Source: a virus. From it: DNA of 64,000 nt. The position numbers and the translations under genes were made by a program. Shown here piece by piece: positions 1-9,938 of this stretch. Within the stretch, counting starts at the first letter, position 1, and every line of letters begins with the position of its first letter. The DNA lies in the IMG/VR virus record IMGVR_UViG_3300011116_000922, positions 83,411 to 147,410 of that record; one strand, given 5' to 3'. Under the pieces are notes generated by a model. The model was not told where the DNA came from. It saw only the letters and a list, made by a program, of their open reading frames with translations, and ran no database searches.

Positions 1-1
1 A

Positions 2-187
2 GTAACCAAACTACTGCTTGATCGTATAAGTCAGATGCCTGTGCTGACCCGTGTGGAAGCAGCGTCCATGTCACAGATGTTTTCGTTTTGGAATGAGATT
101 CAAGACACCCTTATTTGTGCTGCTGAAGAAATCAAGCGGCTAAATGCAAAAATAGCAGAACTGGAATCACAGAATGGCGGAAAGTGA
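2..187 (+). CDS. partial hypothetical protein (C-terminal end)
   Basis: Open frame from window edge (VTKLLLDR...AAEEIKRLNAKIAELESQNGGK*), overlapping thyX start. Confidence 0.6.
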   Translation, partial: VTKLLLDRISQMPVLTRVEAASMSQMFSFWNEIQDTLICAAEEIKRLNAKIAELESQNGGK

Positions 188-902
188 AAAGGCATTCGTG
201 CCTGTACTCAATTGCGGTTTTGTTGAATATGTTTCGCACATGGGTGATGATCTCACCGTTGTAAACGCTGCCCGCGTTTCCTTTAACAAGGAAAGCAAGT
301 GGGAAGGCGACTACATGGATTCGGAATTGAAGTTCCACGAAAAGCACATGGATCCACGGGACGAGAAACTGATCGCGTACCTTGCCAAGCACAAGCACTG
401 GACTCCGTTCGCGCATCCACAGATCACCCTGCGGATCAAGGCTCCCATCTTTGTCCGCACCCAACTTTTCAAGCACAAAGTTGGAATGGTCGAAAATGAA
501 GTGTCCCGGCGTTATGTCAAGGACACCCCACAGTTCTACAACCCCGAGTGGAGAGCCGCACCCACAGACGGAGCCAAGCAGGGCAGCAGCGATTTCATTC
601 GTGGCGAGATCACGCACGAACTGGACGAGATGTACATGGGCGTGATAAAGCAAGCAGAGTATGTGTACGATCAACTGATTCTGCGTGGCGTTGCTCCCGA
701 GCAAGCCCGAAGCGTTCTGCCGCAAGGCACATACACCGAGTGGTGGTGGACGGGTTCGCTTTCGGCTTTTGCCCGGATCTACGCACAGCGGATTGATGCC
801 CATGCCCAATGGGAAGTGCAGCAGTACGCAGGAGCAATCTCGGAAATCATTGCTCCGCTGTTTCCGCACTCTTGGAAGGCACTAACTGGTCGTCCTACAT
901 AA
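174..902 (+). CDS. thyX: flavin-dependent thymidylate synthase
   Basis: VNAARVSF, HWTPF, phage-type ThyX motif RTQLFKHKVG...NEVSRRY, APEQARSVLPQ, HAQWE. Confidence 0.95.
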   Translation: MAESEKAFVPVLNCGFVEYVSHMGDDLTVVNAARVSFNKESKWEGDYMDSELKFHEKHMDPRDEKLIAYLAKHKHWTPFAHPQITLRIKAPIFVRTQLFKHKVGMVENEVSRRYVKDTPQFYNPEWRAAPTDGAKQGSSDFIRGEITHELDEMYMGVIKQAEYVYDQLILRGVAPEQARSVLPQGTYTEWWWTGSLSAFARIYAQRIDAHAQWEVQQYAGAISEIIAPLFPHSWKALTGRPT

Positions 903-906
903 AGGG

Positions 907-3132
907 ATGGAACAGTTTAAGCGTTTTTCAACCCCTAAAGCCGTCCCATCGGCTTCTAAGCCCCTACCGTTTTCGGAGGGGCATTATGGGTTTGGATCCC
1001 GTTTTGCGCTGACCCATCGGATCAAAGGCACGGAATACGCGGTTGGGGATGTGTTTACATATATTCCCGAAGGCGAATCGCGCCGCCACGATCCTTATAT
1101 TTTGAAAATTGGCGAAGGCATTGGGGAAACTTGTTTTCTTGACCCCCACGGTAGAGCAGTGATTCTGTCCGCTGATGTCAGCGTGGTCAACACTATTTTT
1201 GAATACCGGGAAACACCACCACAGACGGTGGTGCTGTCAGAGGGTGAGGAGTACACTCCCCCTCCTGCGCCTCCGGTGTTTATTACGGAAGGTGAATTCA
1301 AGCAATTCCGCAAGGGTTTGGCTACAGTTCTTTCCGAAATTGCTGCTATTGCTCCCGACAAGGGAGAGCGCGGTGATCGGGGAGAGCGCGGCGAACGCGG
1401 CGAGAAGGGTGATCCGGGCGAACCCGGAGCGCAGGGGGTTCCCGGTGAAACGGGACAACCGGGCATTCAGGGTGAACAGGGCGAAAAAGGAGAACCCGGA
1501 GAACGGGGAGAAAAAGGAGAACGCGGTGACAAAGGCGAAAACGGCGAAAAAGGCAATCAAGGCGAACCGGGAGAGCATGGAAGACCGGGTGAGAAGGGTG
1601 ATAGAGGAGAAGTGGGCCCTCGCGGTGAACGCGGTGAGAAGGGTGATCGCGGCAATCCGGGGCGTGATGGGCTTCCGGGCAAGCCCGGAGCAGACGGCAA
1701 AGACGGCAAGCCCGGTGCGAAAGGCGAGAAGGGCGACCGGGGCGAAAAAGGCGAACGGGGGCTAAAGGGAGAACCCGGTGCCGCAGGAACAAAAGGCGAC
1801 AAGGGAGATCCGGGGGAGCAGGGCGAACCCGGACTCCTTTCCGCCAAGTTCCCGTTGGTGTACAACGCGGAAGACAAGTCTGTTTCCATTGACGAAGAAC
1901 GCCTTGACAAGATTCTGAAGAAGATCATGGGCGGTGGCAAGGTTTCGCCGCAGGACATGGGCTGGCTTGCTTCCACAGGTGGCGGCGGCAAGGTGGCTGT
2001 GTACCACAATGGGGTGAAAATCACACCCGATGTGCGTGGCATAAACTTCACTGGCTCGGGTGTGGCTTCCGTCACCAAAGAAAACGGGGTGGGCGGCAAA
2101 CTCATCGTGAACATTCAGGGAGGCGGTGGAAGCGGTGTCACTGGTCCCACTGGTCCCACTGGTTCTGCGGGTGCAACGGGTGCAGGCGGTGCGCTTGGAT
2201 ACTGGGGATCGTTTTGGGATACAGGCAAAAAAACCGTAGTAAGCACCACTACTGCTTACGGCATCACATTCAACAACAGTGACCCGCAGAACAATGGTGT
2301 AACGGTGGTTGACGGCAGCAAGATCACCTTCCAAAGCACAGGAGTGTACAACCTACAGTTCTCTGCACAGGTTTTCAATACCGAGAACAACCAAGAACAC
2401 GAAGCCACATTCTGGCTGAAGAAAAACGGAAACAACATTCCCGATACTGCGGGTACCATAACAGTAATAGGAAAGCATTCAGATATCACTGGCGCAGCAC
2501 TGCCGTCTTGGAACTGGATGCTGCCACTGAACGCAAACGATTATGTTGAATTGTATTGGCACACCAATTCAACGAATGTGCTGCTTGGCACACTTCCCGA
2601 AGGCACATCCCCTGTGCATTCGGTGTCTCCTGCGGTCATATTCACTGCACAACAGGTCATGTACACGCAAGTTGGTCCCACAGGACCGACTGGTCCCACA
2701 GGAGCCACCCCCACGGACTATGTGTCTTCCGCTAACGGCTTGACGGGTGCGATTGAGTTTCGGGGTGGTAGAGGAATCACACACACCACTGGCAGCAATG
2801 GTATATCTTTTGGCATTGACTACATTAAGGGTGGCACAACTTTTACAGCCATAGCAAATGTTCCTTCCTCGGGATATCAAGCAGGAACAGACTTGATGCT
2901 GTTCCAAGACAAGAACGGGACAAATCCGCCGTATCTTACAAACATTTCAAACTTCTTGGGTTACTTTCTTCCGTACACGAAAACAATCAGTACTGTTGAT
3001 ATTGCCCCACTAACAACTAATAGTTTTCTTATGTCTTCAAGCGGAGGATCTGAAGGCGGTGTCACATTTTCTGATATGGTGGCACTTATTTCAACAAATC
3101 TGACCATTGTGGACGGTGGAACCTACACCTAA
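907..3132 (+). CDS. collagen-like fibre / virion structural protein
   Basis: Long Gly-X-Y run, GPTGPTG linkers, beta-rich domain (GVYNLQFSAQ...DYVELYW), terminal DGGTY. Confidence 0.8.
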   Translation: MEQFKRFSTPKAVPSASKPLPFSEGHYGFGSRFALTHRIKGTEYAVGDVFTYIPEGESRRHDPYILKIGEGIGETCFLDPHGRAVILSADVSVVNTIFEYRETPPQTVVLSEGEEYTPPPAPPVFITEGEFKQFRKGLATVLSEIAAIAPDKGERGDRGERGERGEKGDPGEPGAQGVPGETGQPGIQGEQGEKGEPGERGEKGERGDKGENGEKGNQGEPGEHGRPGEKGDRGEVGPRGERGEKGDRGNPGRDGLPGKPGADGKDGKPGAKGEKGDRGEKGERGLKGEPGAAGTKGDKGDPGEQGEPGLLSAKFPLVYNAEDKSVSIDEERLDKILKKIMGGGKVSPQDMGWLASTGGGGKVAVYHNGVKITPDVRGINFTGSGVASVTKENGVGGKLIVNIQGGGGSGVTGPTGPTGSAGATGAGGALGYWGSFWDTGKKTVVSTTTAYGITFNNSDPQNNGVTVVDGSKITFQSTGVYNLQFSAQVFNTENNQEHEATFWLKKNGNNIPDTAGTITVIGKHSDITGAALPSWNWMLPLNANDYVELYWHTNSTNVLLGTLPEGTSPVHSVSPAVIFTAQQVMYTQVGPTGPTGPTGATPTDYVSSANGLTGAIEFRGGRGITHTTGSNGISFGIDYIKGGTTFTAIANVPSSGYQAGTDLMLFQDKNGTNPPYLTNISNFLGYFLPYTKTISTVDIAPLTTNSFLMSSSGGSEGGVTFSDMVALISTNLTIVDGGTYT
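1363..1833 (+). repeat. collagen Gly-X-Y coding repeat
   Basis: GERGDRGERGERGEKGDPG...GEQGEPG uninterrupted triplets. Confidence 0.9.
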
Positions 3133-3160
3133 ATACTGTACGCACTATTAGGACACAACT

Positions 3161-5152
3161 ATGGCAACACAGATCACATTCCGCCGAGGCTCGTCCTTCC
3201 CCACCGCAGGATCGGGAATCACCTTGGCAGAACCAGTATTTGAAACCACGCTGCACACCTTCCATATCGGCTTGGGGTACGGTATAACGGCAGAGTGGGT
3301 TGGTGCGCCCATCAGCGGATTGAGCGCAGACATTGCCGCAGGCATTACCTACAAGATTCCCACAGCCGCAGCGGTAAAGAACTATATCAACGGGCTGTGT
3401 TTCGGCAACACTGGTGGTGGAGCAGTTTCTTCTGTTTCAGGATCGGGAAACGGAGTATTGGTTTCTCCCACCACAGGTGCGGTTGTGGTATCCAATACTG
3501 GTGTCCACTCATTCAACGGATTGACGGGCGCAGTACAAGGTGTGTCGGCTGCTGTGGCAGGAACAGGAATATCGGTTAGCGGAGCCACTGGTTCTGTCAC
3601 TATTACAAACATAGGTGTTCAGTCCTTCAACGGGCGCACAGGTGCAGTCACAGGCGCATCACTGGGTGCAAACACTTTCACTGGTTTGCAGACCATGACT
3701 TTGGGCATCAGTGCTGCGGGTGGCATGACTCTTGCAGGTACGCTGAACACTACTGGTGATATCAAGTTCAACGGAACCGCTGCCAAGAGCATTACAACCA
3801 CACAGGCTCCCCTCACCATCAAGGGAGTGACAAGTAGTGGTATTTCTGTGTCTGGTTACAATGCTATTGTGCTTGGTGTTCAAACGACTGATCCATTAAA
3901 ACTATGGTCTGCTAGTGGTGTAGTTGATATTAATTCCGATACGGCAACTGCTTTTAGCACAAGTATTAAACTCAATACAAACGATGGTAATTTCGAGCCA
4001 CTTACAGCATCTGTAACCATTCAGCCTAGCACCTATTTCACCGCAGACAGAACCCTGAACATACAGGACGCTTCAGGCACGATTGCGCTGACAAACCAGT
4101 TGATGGGGACAGTGAACGGCTCCACCGCTGCAACCACTGCTGTTACTTCGTTCAATGGACTCACGGGAGCCGTGGGCGGTGTATGTGCTGCACAAGCCAA
4201 CACCTTTACCGCACTACAGACATTCAACAGCGGAATCTCCGCTGCGGGTGGAATTACATTTGGAGCCACTGCTGCTTTCTCCAACAGCGCAGTGTTTGCA
4301 AACGCAGAGTACATTCGGAATACCACGAACGGTCAACTTGACCTCATGCCTGCTCCTGCGGGATCAACGGCATTCGGAATTTATTTTGACATGACATCGT
4401 GGAGTTACGGTGTCATCATGGGCACTATCCGCACATCCGATGGACTCAAGAACACGGGCGGAAACTTCCGATTCGATGCTCCGCTGACAATCAACAACGA
4501 CACATTCTTCCAGTTGGGTTCTGACGGACAGTACAGATTCCAAAGAACATCCACTGGAAACGATACCGCACAGTTTGGTGCGTACTGCGACGGCGTGAAC
4601 AACAGCGGTGCGTATGCGATTGTTGGATTCGGATCGGAAGGTACTGCAAACCGCAGTCCTGCAACCAAGCACAGTAATCCCAACCTGTACATCTACGCCA
4701 ACGGCAACGCAAGCGCAAACGATTTCGTGCGATTTGAGCATGATCGCACAAACGCGAACATCGTAAGCGGCGGAACAAGCGGAATTTTTGTTCAGCCCGG
4801 AAACGGAATCGTTGGTGTCAGTGGTGGTGTTTCTGCTGACGCTTTCATGTTGGCTGGCGGGGGCATCAGGACACTCACCGGAACCACATACACTTTCCTT
4901 GCAACTGACAACGGAAAAGTGATAACCATGAACAACGCCAGTGGCATAACTGCAACGGTTCCTTCAGGACTTCCTGTGGGGTACAGCGTGACCGTGATTC
5001 AACTTGGTGCTGGTCAGGTCGGCTTTACTGCTGCTTCCGGTGTTACTCTCAACTCGTATACATCGCTGAGAAAGATCGCTGGACAGCACGGTTCTGCGTC
5101 AGTTGTTTCGTACAGCAGCAATGTGTTCAATCTAGCAGGAAATCTGGCATGA
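3161..5152 (+). CDS. tail-fibre-like protein
   Basis: N-terminal ITFRRG...LAEP fibre-attachment-like motif, repeated SFNG(L/R)TGAV, G/T/S/A-rich, C-terminal IQLGAGQV...LAGNLA domain. Confidence 0.75.
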   Translation: MATQITFRRGSSFPTAGSGITLAEPVFETTLHTFHIGLGYGITAEWVGAPISGLSADIAAGITYKIPTAAAVKNYINGLCFGNTGGGAVSSVSGSGNGVLVSPTTGAVVVSNTGVHSFNGLTGAVQGVSAAVAGTGISVSGATGSVTITNIGVQSFNGRTGAVTGASLGANTFTGLQTMTLGISAAGGMTLAGTLNTTGDIKFNGTAAKSITTTQAPLTIKGVTSSGISVSGYNAIVLGVQTTDPLKLWSASGVVDINSDTATAFSTSIKLNTNDGNFEPLTASVTIQPSTYFTADRTLNIQDASGTIALTNQLMGTVNGSTAATTAVTSFNGLTGAVGGVCAAQANTFTALQTFNSGISAAGGITFGATAAFSNSAVFANAEYIRNTTNGQLDLMPAPAGSTAFGIYFDMTSWSYGVIMGTIRTSDGLKNTGGNFRFDAPLTINNDTFFQLGSDGQYRFQRTSTGNDTAQFGAYCDGVNNSGAYAIVGFGSEGTANRSPATKHSNPNLYIYANGNASANDFVRFEHDRTNANIVSGGTSGIFVQPGNGIVGVSGGVSADAFMLAGGGIRTLTGTTYTFLATDNGKVITMNNASGITATVPSGLPVGYSVTVIQLGAGQVGFTAASGVTLNSYTSLRKIAGQHGSASVVSYSSNVFNLAGNLA

Positions 5153-5589
5153 GACATTTAATTGGTCTTCGTGGTCACGCCAACACCATCATCAGTACAA
5201 CCGATGTAACACCAAATGCCGTGAATTGGTCAAACGTTGGATTCTCGGAAATGTTGGGGGCTTTCACCTATAGCGAAAGACAGATCACGGGAATAAACAC
5301 AACAATAACTGTAAAAGTTGACTACAACATGGCTGAAGGTGATCTGTACTACTATGTGAGCAGCACAGCAGGAGCAATTGGCAGCGGAGATTTCGATATC
5401 TTTCTTGGACCGTATGACACGGTTGCACAATACATTTCGTCGGGAACCACATTCACGGTTTCAAACAACCAGTATGTCACATTCGGGGCAGACGGTTTTG
5501 GTAGCACGGTTAATCCGTGGGTAACAGTAACAAATGTAAGCGATTCCAACACCACTCTTGACACCTTCGGATTGTTCTATTCCCTCTAA
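5149..5589 (+). CDS. hypothetical fibre-associated protein
   Basis: ATGA overlap with fibre gene; beta-rich. Confidence 0.6.
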   Translation: MRHLIGLRGHANTIISTTDVTPNAVNWSNVGFSEMLGAFTYSERQITGINTTITVKVDYNMAEGDLYYYVSSTAGAIGSGDFDIFLGPYDTVAQYISSGTTFTVSNNQYVTFGADGFGSTVNPWVTVTNVSDSNTTLDTFGLFYSL

Positions 5590-5597
5590 TACATAAA

Positions 5598-5837
5598 ATG
5601 ACAGAAACACCAGAACAAAGAACCGAACGCCACCTGTCCGTGATGCAATCACATGCTGATTCCATCAACACCATAGTTTCCGCACAACAAAAAGACGAAG
5701 AAAAAATACAATCCGTGCAGTGTTCAATTCGTGTGCTTGGAATCATGTTGAAACGAAATTACATACAGAACTGTGGCACAGACTTGACAGGGTTCCACGC
5801 TGCGGTGACAGCAGGAACAGATTTTTTAACTGCATAA
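5598..5837 (+). CDS. hypothetical protein (possible fibre chaperone)
   Basis: Last gene of fibre operon before terminator. Confidence 0.55.
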   Translation: MTETPEQRTERHLSVMQSHADSINTIVSAQQKDEEKIQSVQCSIRVLGIMLKRNYIQNCGTDLTGFHAAVTAGTDFLTA

Positions 5838-5862
5838 CCCAAATACTGTTTTCAATACTTTA

Positions 5863-5885
5863 GGGGGGCGAAAGCCCCCCTTTAT
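5863..5885 (+). terminator. intrinsic terminator
   Basis: GGGGGGC-GAAA-GCCCCCC followed by TTTAT. Confidence 0.8.
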
Positions 5886-5932
5886 GTTATGATTCGCTCT
5901 ACATACTCTACCTAATAACCAAGGAGTTACAC

Positions 5933-7855
5933 ATGAAGCAACTGCCAACACTCTATCAATCTTTCATCCATCTTTCACGCTACAGTCGTTGGCTTGATTC
6001 TGAAATGCGGCGCGAGACTTGGGAGGAAACGGTTGACCGTTACTTCCGTTTCTTTGACGAGCATTTTGCCGACAAGGGCGTGAAGATAAATAAGGCAGTC
6101 CGTGAAGAACTTCGTGAAGCAGTCCTGAATCTTGAAGTCATGCCGTCCATGCGGTCGCTGATGACCGCAGGGGAAGCCCTCAAGCGTGACAACACCGCTG
6201 GTTACAACTGCTCCTATGTTGCGGTCAACAAGGTTCGCGCATTTGATGAGATCCTGTATGTTCTCATGTGCGGAACAGGTGTAGGCTTTAGCGTGGAGAG
6301 GCAGTATGTTGAAAAACTTCCTACAATTGCTGAAGAGTTTACGCACAGCGATACACTTATTGTGGTCAAGGACTCCAAAGAAGGTTGGGCAAAAGCCTAC
6401 CGAGAACTGGTGTCCCTACTTATTGGAGGTCAAATCCCCCGATGGGACTTGTCTCACATTCGTCCTCTTGGTGCGCGCCTCAAGACTTTCGGTGGACGCG
6501 CAAGTGGACCGCAGCCACTGGAAGACCTCTTCCGATTTACCGTCAGTACTTTTAAGAAGAGTGCTGGTCGCAAACTCACCTCTATTGAATGCCACGACAT
6601 TATCTGTAAGATTGCAGAGATTGTCGTTGTCGGTGGAGTCCGTAGATCGGCTCTTATCTCGCTTTCCAATCTCACGGACGAACGGATGCGTGATGCTAAG
6701 GTGGGACAGTGGTGGTTGGAAAATCCACAACGGGCACTAGCCAACAACTCTGTTGCCTTCAAGGAGAAGCCCGAGATCGGCACATTCATGGAGGAGTGGG
6801 TTTCGCTGTACAAGTCCAAGAGCGGTGAGCGTGGACTGTTCAACCGCGAAGCGTGTCAGAAGACCGTGGAGAAACTGGGCGACCGCCGTGATCCTTCATA
6901 CGAGTTCGGCACAAACCCCTGCTCCGAGATCATTCTGCGCGACAAGGAGTTCTGCAATCTGAGCGAAGTCATTGTTCGCGCAGACGACACGCCTGATACC
7001 CTGAAGCGCAAGACTCGCCTTGCTGCAATTCTTGGTACTTGGCAGGCTTCTCTCACGAACTTCCCGTACCTCAGCAGTGAGTGGCGGAAGAATTGTGAAG
7101 AAGAGTGCTTGCTTGGTGTTTCGCTCACAGGCATTCTTGACAACAAACTGATGCGTACACAGGGCGACAATCTGAATGTGCTGCTTGAAACGCTGAAGGC
7201 GGATGCGGTTGCGGTCAACAAGGAGTGGGCAAAGCGGATTGGCATCAACCCCGCAGCGGCTATTACTTGCGTGAAGCCAAGCGGCACGGTGTCGCAGTTG
7301 ACTGATGCGGCTAGCGGCATCCACGCCCGTCACTCGGAGTACTACATTCGCACTGTTCGTGCAGACCGCAAAGACCCCATGTGTCAGTTTATGATTGACA
7401 AGGGCTTCCCTGCGGAGCCGTGTGTCATGCGCCCCGACCACACAATGGTGTTCTCGTTCCCGCAGAAGGCTGTGGGATCGGTGACGCGCAACGACATGAC
7501 GGCTATTGAACACCTTGAGTTGTGGCTTACCTATCAGCGTCACTGGTGCGAACACAAGCCAAGCATCACCGTGACGGTCAAGGAGCATGAGTGGATGGCG
7601 GTGGGTGCGTGGGTGTACGCGCACTTTGACGAGATCAGCGGCATTTCGTTCCTGCCGCACTCTGACCACACCTATCAGCAGGCTCCGTATCAGGACTGCA
7701 CAGCGGAGCAGTACGAAGCCGCTGCGGCTAAACTGCCACAGTCCATTGATTGGAGCAAGTTGACCCAGTACGAGAAGGAAGACACCACCAAGGGTACGCA
7801 GACCTTTGCGTGCAGTGCGGGTGTCTGCGAGGTCGTGGACTTGACTTCACAGTAA
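5933..7855 (+). CDS. nrdJ: class II adenosylcobalamin-dependent ribonucleotide reductase (monomeric RTPR type)
   Basis: RRETWEETVDRY, GYNC, VGGVRRSA, GTNPCSEI, TCVKPSGT, C-terminal ACSAGVCE; RBS AAGGAG. Confidence 0.93.
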   Translation: MKQLPTLYQSFIHLSRYSRWLDSEMRRETWEETVDRYFRFFDEHFADKGVKINKAVREELREAVLNLEVMPSMRSLMTAGEALKRDNTAGYNCSYVAVNKVRAFDEILYVLMCGTGVGFSVERQYVEKLPTIAEEFTHSDTLIVVKDSKEGWAKAYRELVSLLIGGQIPRWDLSHIRPLGARLKTFGGRASGPQPLEDLFRFTVSTFKKSAGRKLTSIECHDIICKIAEIVVVGGVRRSALISLSNLTDERMRDAKVGQWWLENPQRALANNSVAFKEKPEIGTFMEEWVSLYKSKSGERGLFNREACQKTVEKLGDRRDPSYEFGTNPCSEIILRDKEFCNLSEVIVRADDTPDTLKRKTRLAAILGTWQASLTNFPYLSSEWRKNCEEECLLGVSLTGILDNKLMRTQGDNLNVLLETLKADAVAVNKEWAKRIGINPAAAITCVKPSGTVSQLTDAASGIHARHSEYYIRTVRADRKDPMCQFMIDKGFPAEPCVMRPDHTMVFSFPQKAVGSVTRNDMTAIEHLELWLTYQRHWCEHKPSITVTVKEHEWMAVGAWVYAHFDEISGISFLPHSDHTYQQAPYQDCTAEQYEAAAAKLPQSIDWSKLTQYEKEDTTKGTQTFACSAGVCEVVDLTSQ

Positions 7856-7878
7856 TTCACCGCGCCATCCAGTATGAG

Positions 7879-7908
7879 CAGCCCCCGTAACTGGGGGCTG
7901 TTTCATTT
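7879..7908 (+). terminator. intrinsic terminator
   Basis: CAGCCCCC-gtaact-GGGGGCTG then TTTCATTT. Confidence 0.75.
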
Positions 7909-7953
7909 AAGAAAATGAGAATTTTTATATCGTAAACTGGTCTAGATATTTGT

Positions 7954-8721
7954 ATGAAGAGAGGTGTAGTAAATTCTCTTCTCGCGGCTCTAGCACTCGT
8001 CTTGCTGCAAGCCTGTGTTACAGATATCGCTCCCTCTGCGCCTAAGAGCGCACCCCCGCCGAAGAGCGGGGTGACTGAACCAAAGCGAGAAGCCCCCGTG
8101 GAGACTCAACTCTTCATGCGGGGCTTCTCGCCTTTGGACGATGCCGCAGATCCTGCGGTTGGACACTTGGAGGGTGAAGAAGGAAACACAATTGGCAGCG
8201 CGGTTCTTGTTACCCCAACTGAAATACTCACAGCGGGACACTGCGTGGAAGACGGCTCTGCTGTGTGGTTTGTGACACAGGGCGAGTGCCACCGCATTTC
8301 CAAATATACCCTGCATCCACGCTACAAAATAGGCGAAACGGTGTTCTGTGATCTTGCCGTGGCACACCTAGAAAAGCCCTGCGCTGCCCCCACAATGCCT
8401 TTGGTGGGCAAGGAATACCAATACGAGCGTGGACAGCCTTTAAGCGTAATAGGATACGGTGGAGGCATCCGGCGACACAGCAACCCCGGCGTATTTTTTT
8501 ACTTTGGAACCATAATAGAAGATCCAACCGTATTCAAATTCCTGCCCATTCGTGGCACGATTTGGTTTGGTGATTCCGGTGGAGCGGTGGTAGACGCAGA
8601 CGGAAATCTGATTGGCATTGTGGCATCATTCGCAATAGTAAACGGACAACTATACGAAAACTCTGCCACTCGCCTTGACTTGTTCCGGGATTGGATACTG
8701 GAGGAAATAGGATGCAATTAA
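7954..8721 (+). CDS. trypsin-like serine protease with lipoprotein signal
   Basis: Lipobox LQAC; catalytic motifs LTAGHC, DLA, GDSGG. Confidence 0.88.
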   Translation: MKRGVVNSLLAALALVLLQACVTDIAPSAPKSAPPPKSGVTEPKREAPVETQLFMRGFSPLDDAADPAVGHLEGEEGNTIGSAVLVTPTEILTAGHCVEDGSAVWFVTQGECHRISKYTLHPRYKIGETVFCDLAVAHLEKPCAAPTMPLVGKEYQYERGQPLSVIGYGGGIRRHSNPGVFFYFGTIIEDPTVFKFLPIRGTIWFGDSGGAVVDADGNLIGIVASFAIVNGQLYENSATRLDLFRDWILEEIGCN

Positions 8722-8798
8722 CCAAGACACAACGCGCCCTAATTGGTGCTTGCAGTTTTCTTGTGGGCATCCTGTTGGGAAGACTGCTCCACATATGA
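8712..8798 (+). CDS. small membrane peptide
   Basis: MQLTKTQRALIGACSFLVGILLGRLLHI*, preceded by GGAGG. Confidence 0.45.
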   Translation: MQLTKTQRALIGACSFLVGILLGRLLHI

Positions 8799-8822
8799 AA
8801 AGACCCCCGAAAGGGGGTCTTG
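8797..8822. terminator. bidirectional terminator
   Basis: AAGACCCCC-GAAA-GGGGGTCTT between convergent genes. Confidence 0.75.
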
Positions 8823-8823
8823 C

Positions 8824-9006
8824 TCACGATACCGTGGATGATACGGGTTCTGCTGTCTGTTCTGCCAACTGCTTTTGCAGTTCTGCCTTTTCCTTTAGTG
8901 CAATCTGAAGGCGGGCTTCTGCCAAGATGTTGGCAGTGGTCAGATCGTGAACCTTCTTCTCAAGAAGAGGAATCAGCACGGTTTCGTTGTAGTTTTCTTC
9001 GCTCAT
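8824..9006 (-). CDS. small coiled-coil protein
   Basis: MSEENYNETVLIPLLEKKVHDL...; RBS GGAGG. Confidence 0.65.
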   Translation of the reverse strand: MSEENYNETVLIPLLEKKVHDLTTANILAEARLQIALKEKAELQKQLAEQTAEPVSSTVS

Positions 9007-9054
9007 ATTGAGTCCTCCTGTACCGTATTTATAACCCATGCCATACATACTTGT

Positions 9055-9627
9055 ATGGTTATAGCAGGAATTGATTATTCTCTTTGCGGTCCTGCAATAT
9101 GCTTGTTTCGTGCAAACGCAACAGGAGTTTTTTCGTACAGCGGTTGCTCCTTCTATTTCCTGACAGACAACAAGCGGCAAAGCGAGATCCGCACCCTGAA
9201 TATTTTTGGAGAGCGGTTGAGTGATTGGGACAGCGACCAACACCGCTACGAAACCATTGCTGATTGGGCACTGGACATTGTGATGGGCTGCACCCATGTA
9301 GCCCTTGAAGGGTATGCGTATTCTGCAAGCGGACGGGTGTTCAATATCGCAGAAAACACGGGCATACTCAAATATAAACTGTACCAGTTGGGAATACCTG
9401 TCACTATCATTCCGCCTACCGAAGTAAAAAAGTATGCCACCACCAAGGGCAATGCAGACAAGAATGCCATGTACTCTGCGTGGACACACGAAACAGGAGT
9501 GGATTTAAAAACACTCTTGACACCGAAGCGTCAAGAGTGCGTTAGTCCTGTTGCGGATATTGTGGATTCGTACTATATTTGCAAGAAGATGTACGACACA
9601 CTGCGTCCCGGAATAGAAGACGATTAA
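9055..9627 (+). CDS. RuvC-like (RNase H fold) resolvase/nuclease
   Basis: IAGIDYS, VALEGYAY, EVKKYATTKGNADK, DIVDSY. Confidence 0.8.
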   Translation: MVIAGIDYSLCGPAICLFRANATGVFSYSGCSFYFLTDNKRQSEIRTLNIFGERLSDWDSDQHRYETIADWALDIVMGCTHVALEGYAYSASGRVFNIAENTGILKYKLYQLGIPVTIIPPTEVKKYATTKGNADKNAMYSAWTHETGVDLKTLLTPKRQECVSPVADIVDSYYICKKMYDTLRPGIEDD

Positions 9628-9929
9628 ACTGTTGGAGCAGGGGGCTGAGTGTCTGTAGCCTTGGGCTTCTCTGTTTCGCTGTCTGTCTTGTCGTCAAGGT
9701 GCAGGGGCTTGTTGATGAATTCCTTCCAAACCCACGCAAGAATCATCAACAGGATGGGCACATACCACAGCACCCATCCCCAGTTTTGACCAATCTTGTC
9801 GCCGTTCAGAATGTCGTGCTTGAGTTTCAGCATGACAGGGCTATCTGATGTGGTGTCAGGAACAATAGCGGGTGCGGTGTTGCACGCTGCGAGGCAGAGA
9901 AGAGACAGGGTGTATGCTAGTTTACGCAT
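9624..9929 (-). CDS. lipoprotein with second TM segment (unimolecular spanin-like)
   Basis: Lipobox LAAC plus TM WGWVLWYVPILLMILAWVW; follows holin-like gene. Confidence 0.6.
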   Translation of the reverse strand: MRKLAYTLSLLCLAACNTAPAIVPDTTSDSPVMLKLKHDILNGDKIGQNWGWVLWYVPILLMILAWVWKEFINKPLHLDDKTDSETEKPKATDTQPPAPTV

Positions 9930-9938
9930 GGCTTCTCC

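Noticed and set aside
907-5152. Diversity-generating retroelement acting on fibre genes
   Set aside because: No reverse transcriptase and no adenine-variant template/variable repeat pair noticed
5933-7855. Intron or intein in nrdJ
   Set aside because: ORF is continuous and of compact length
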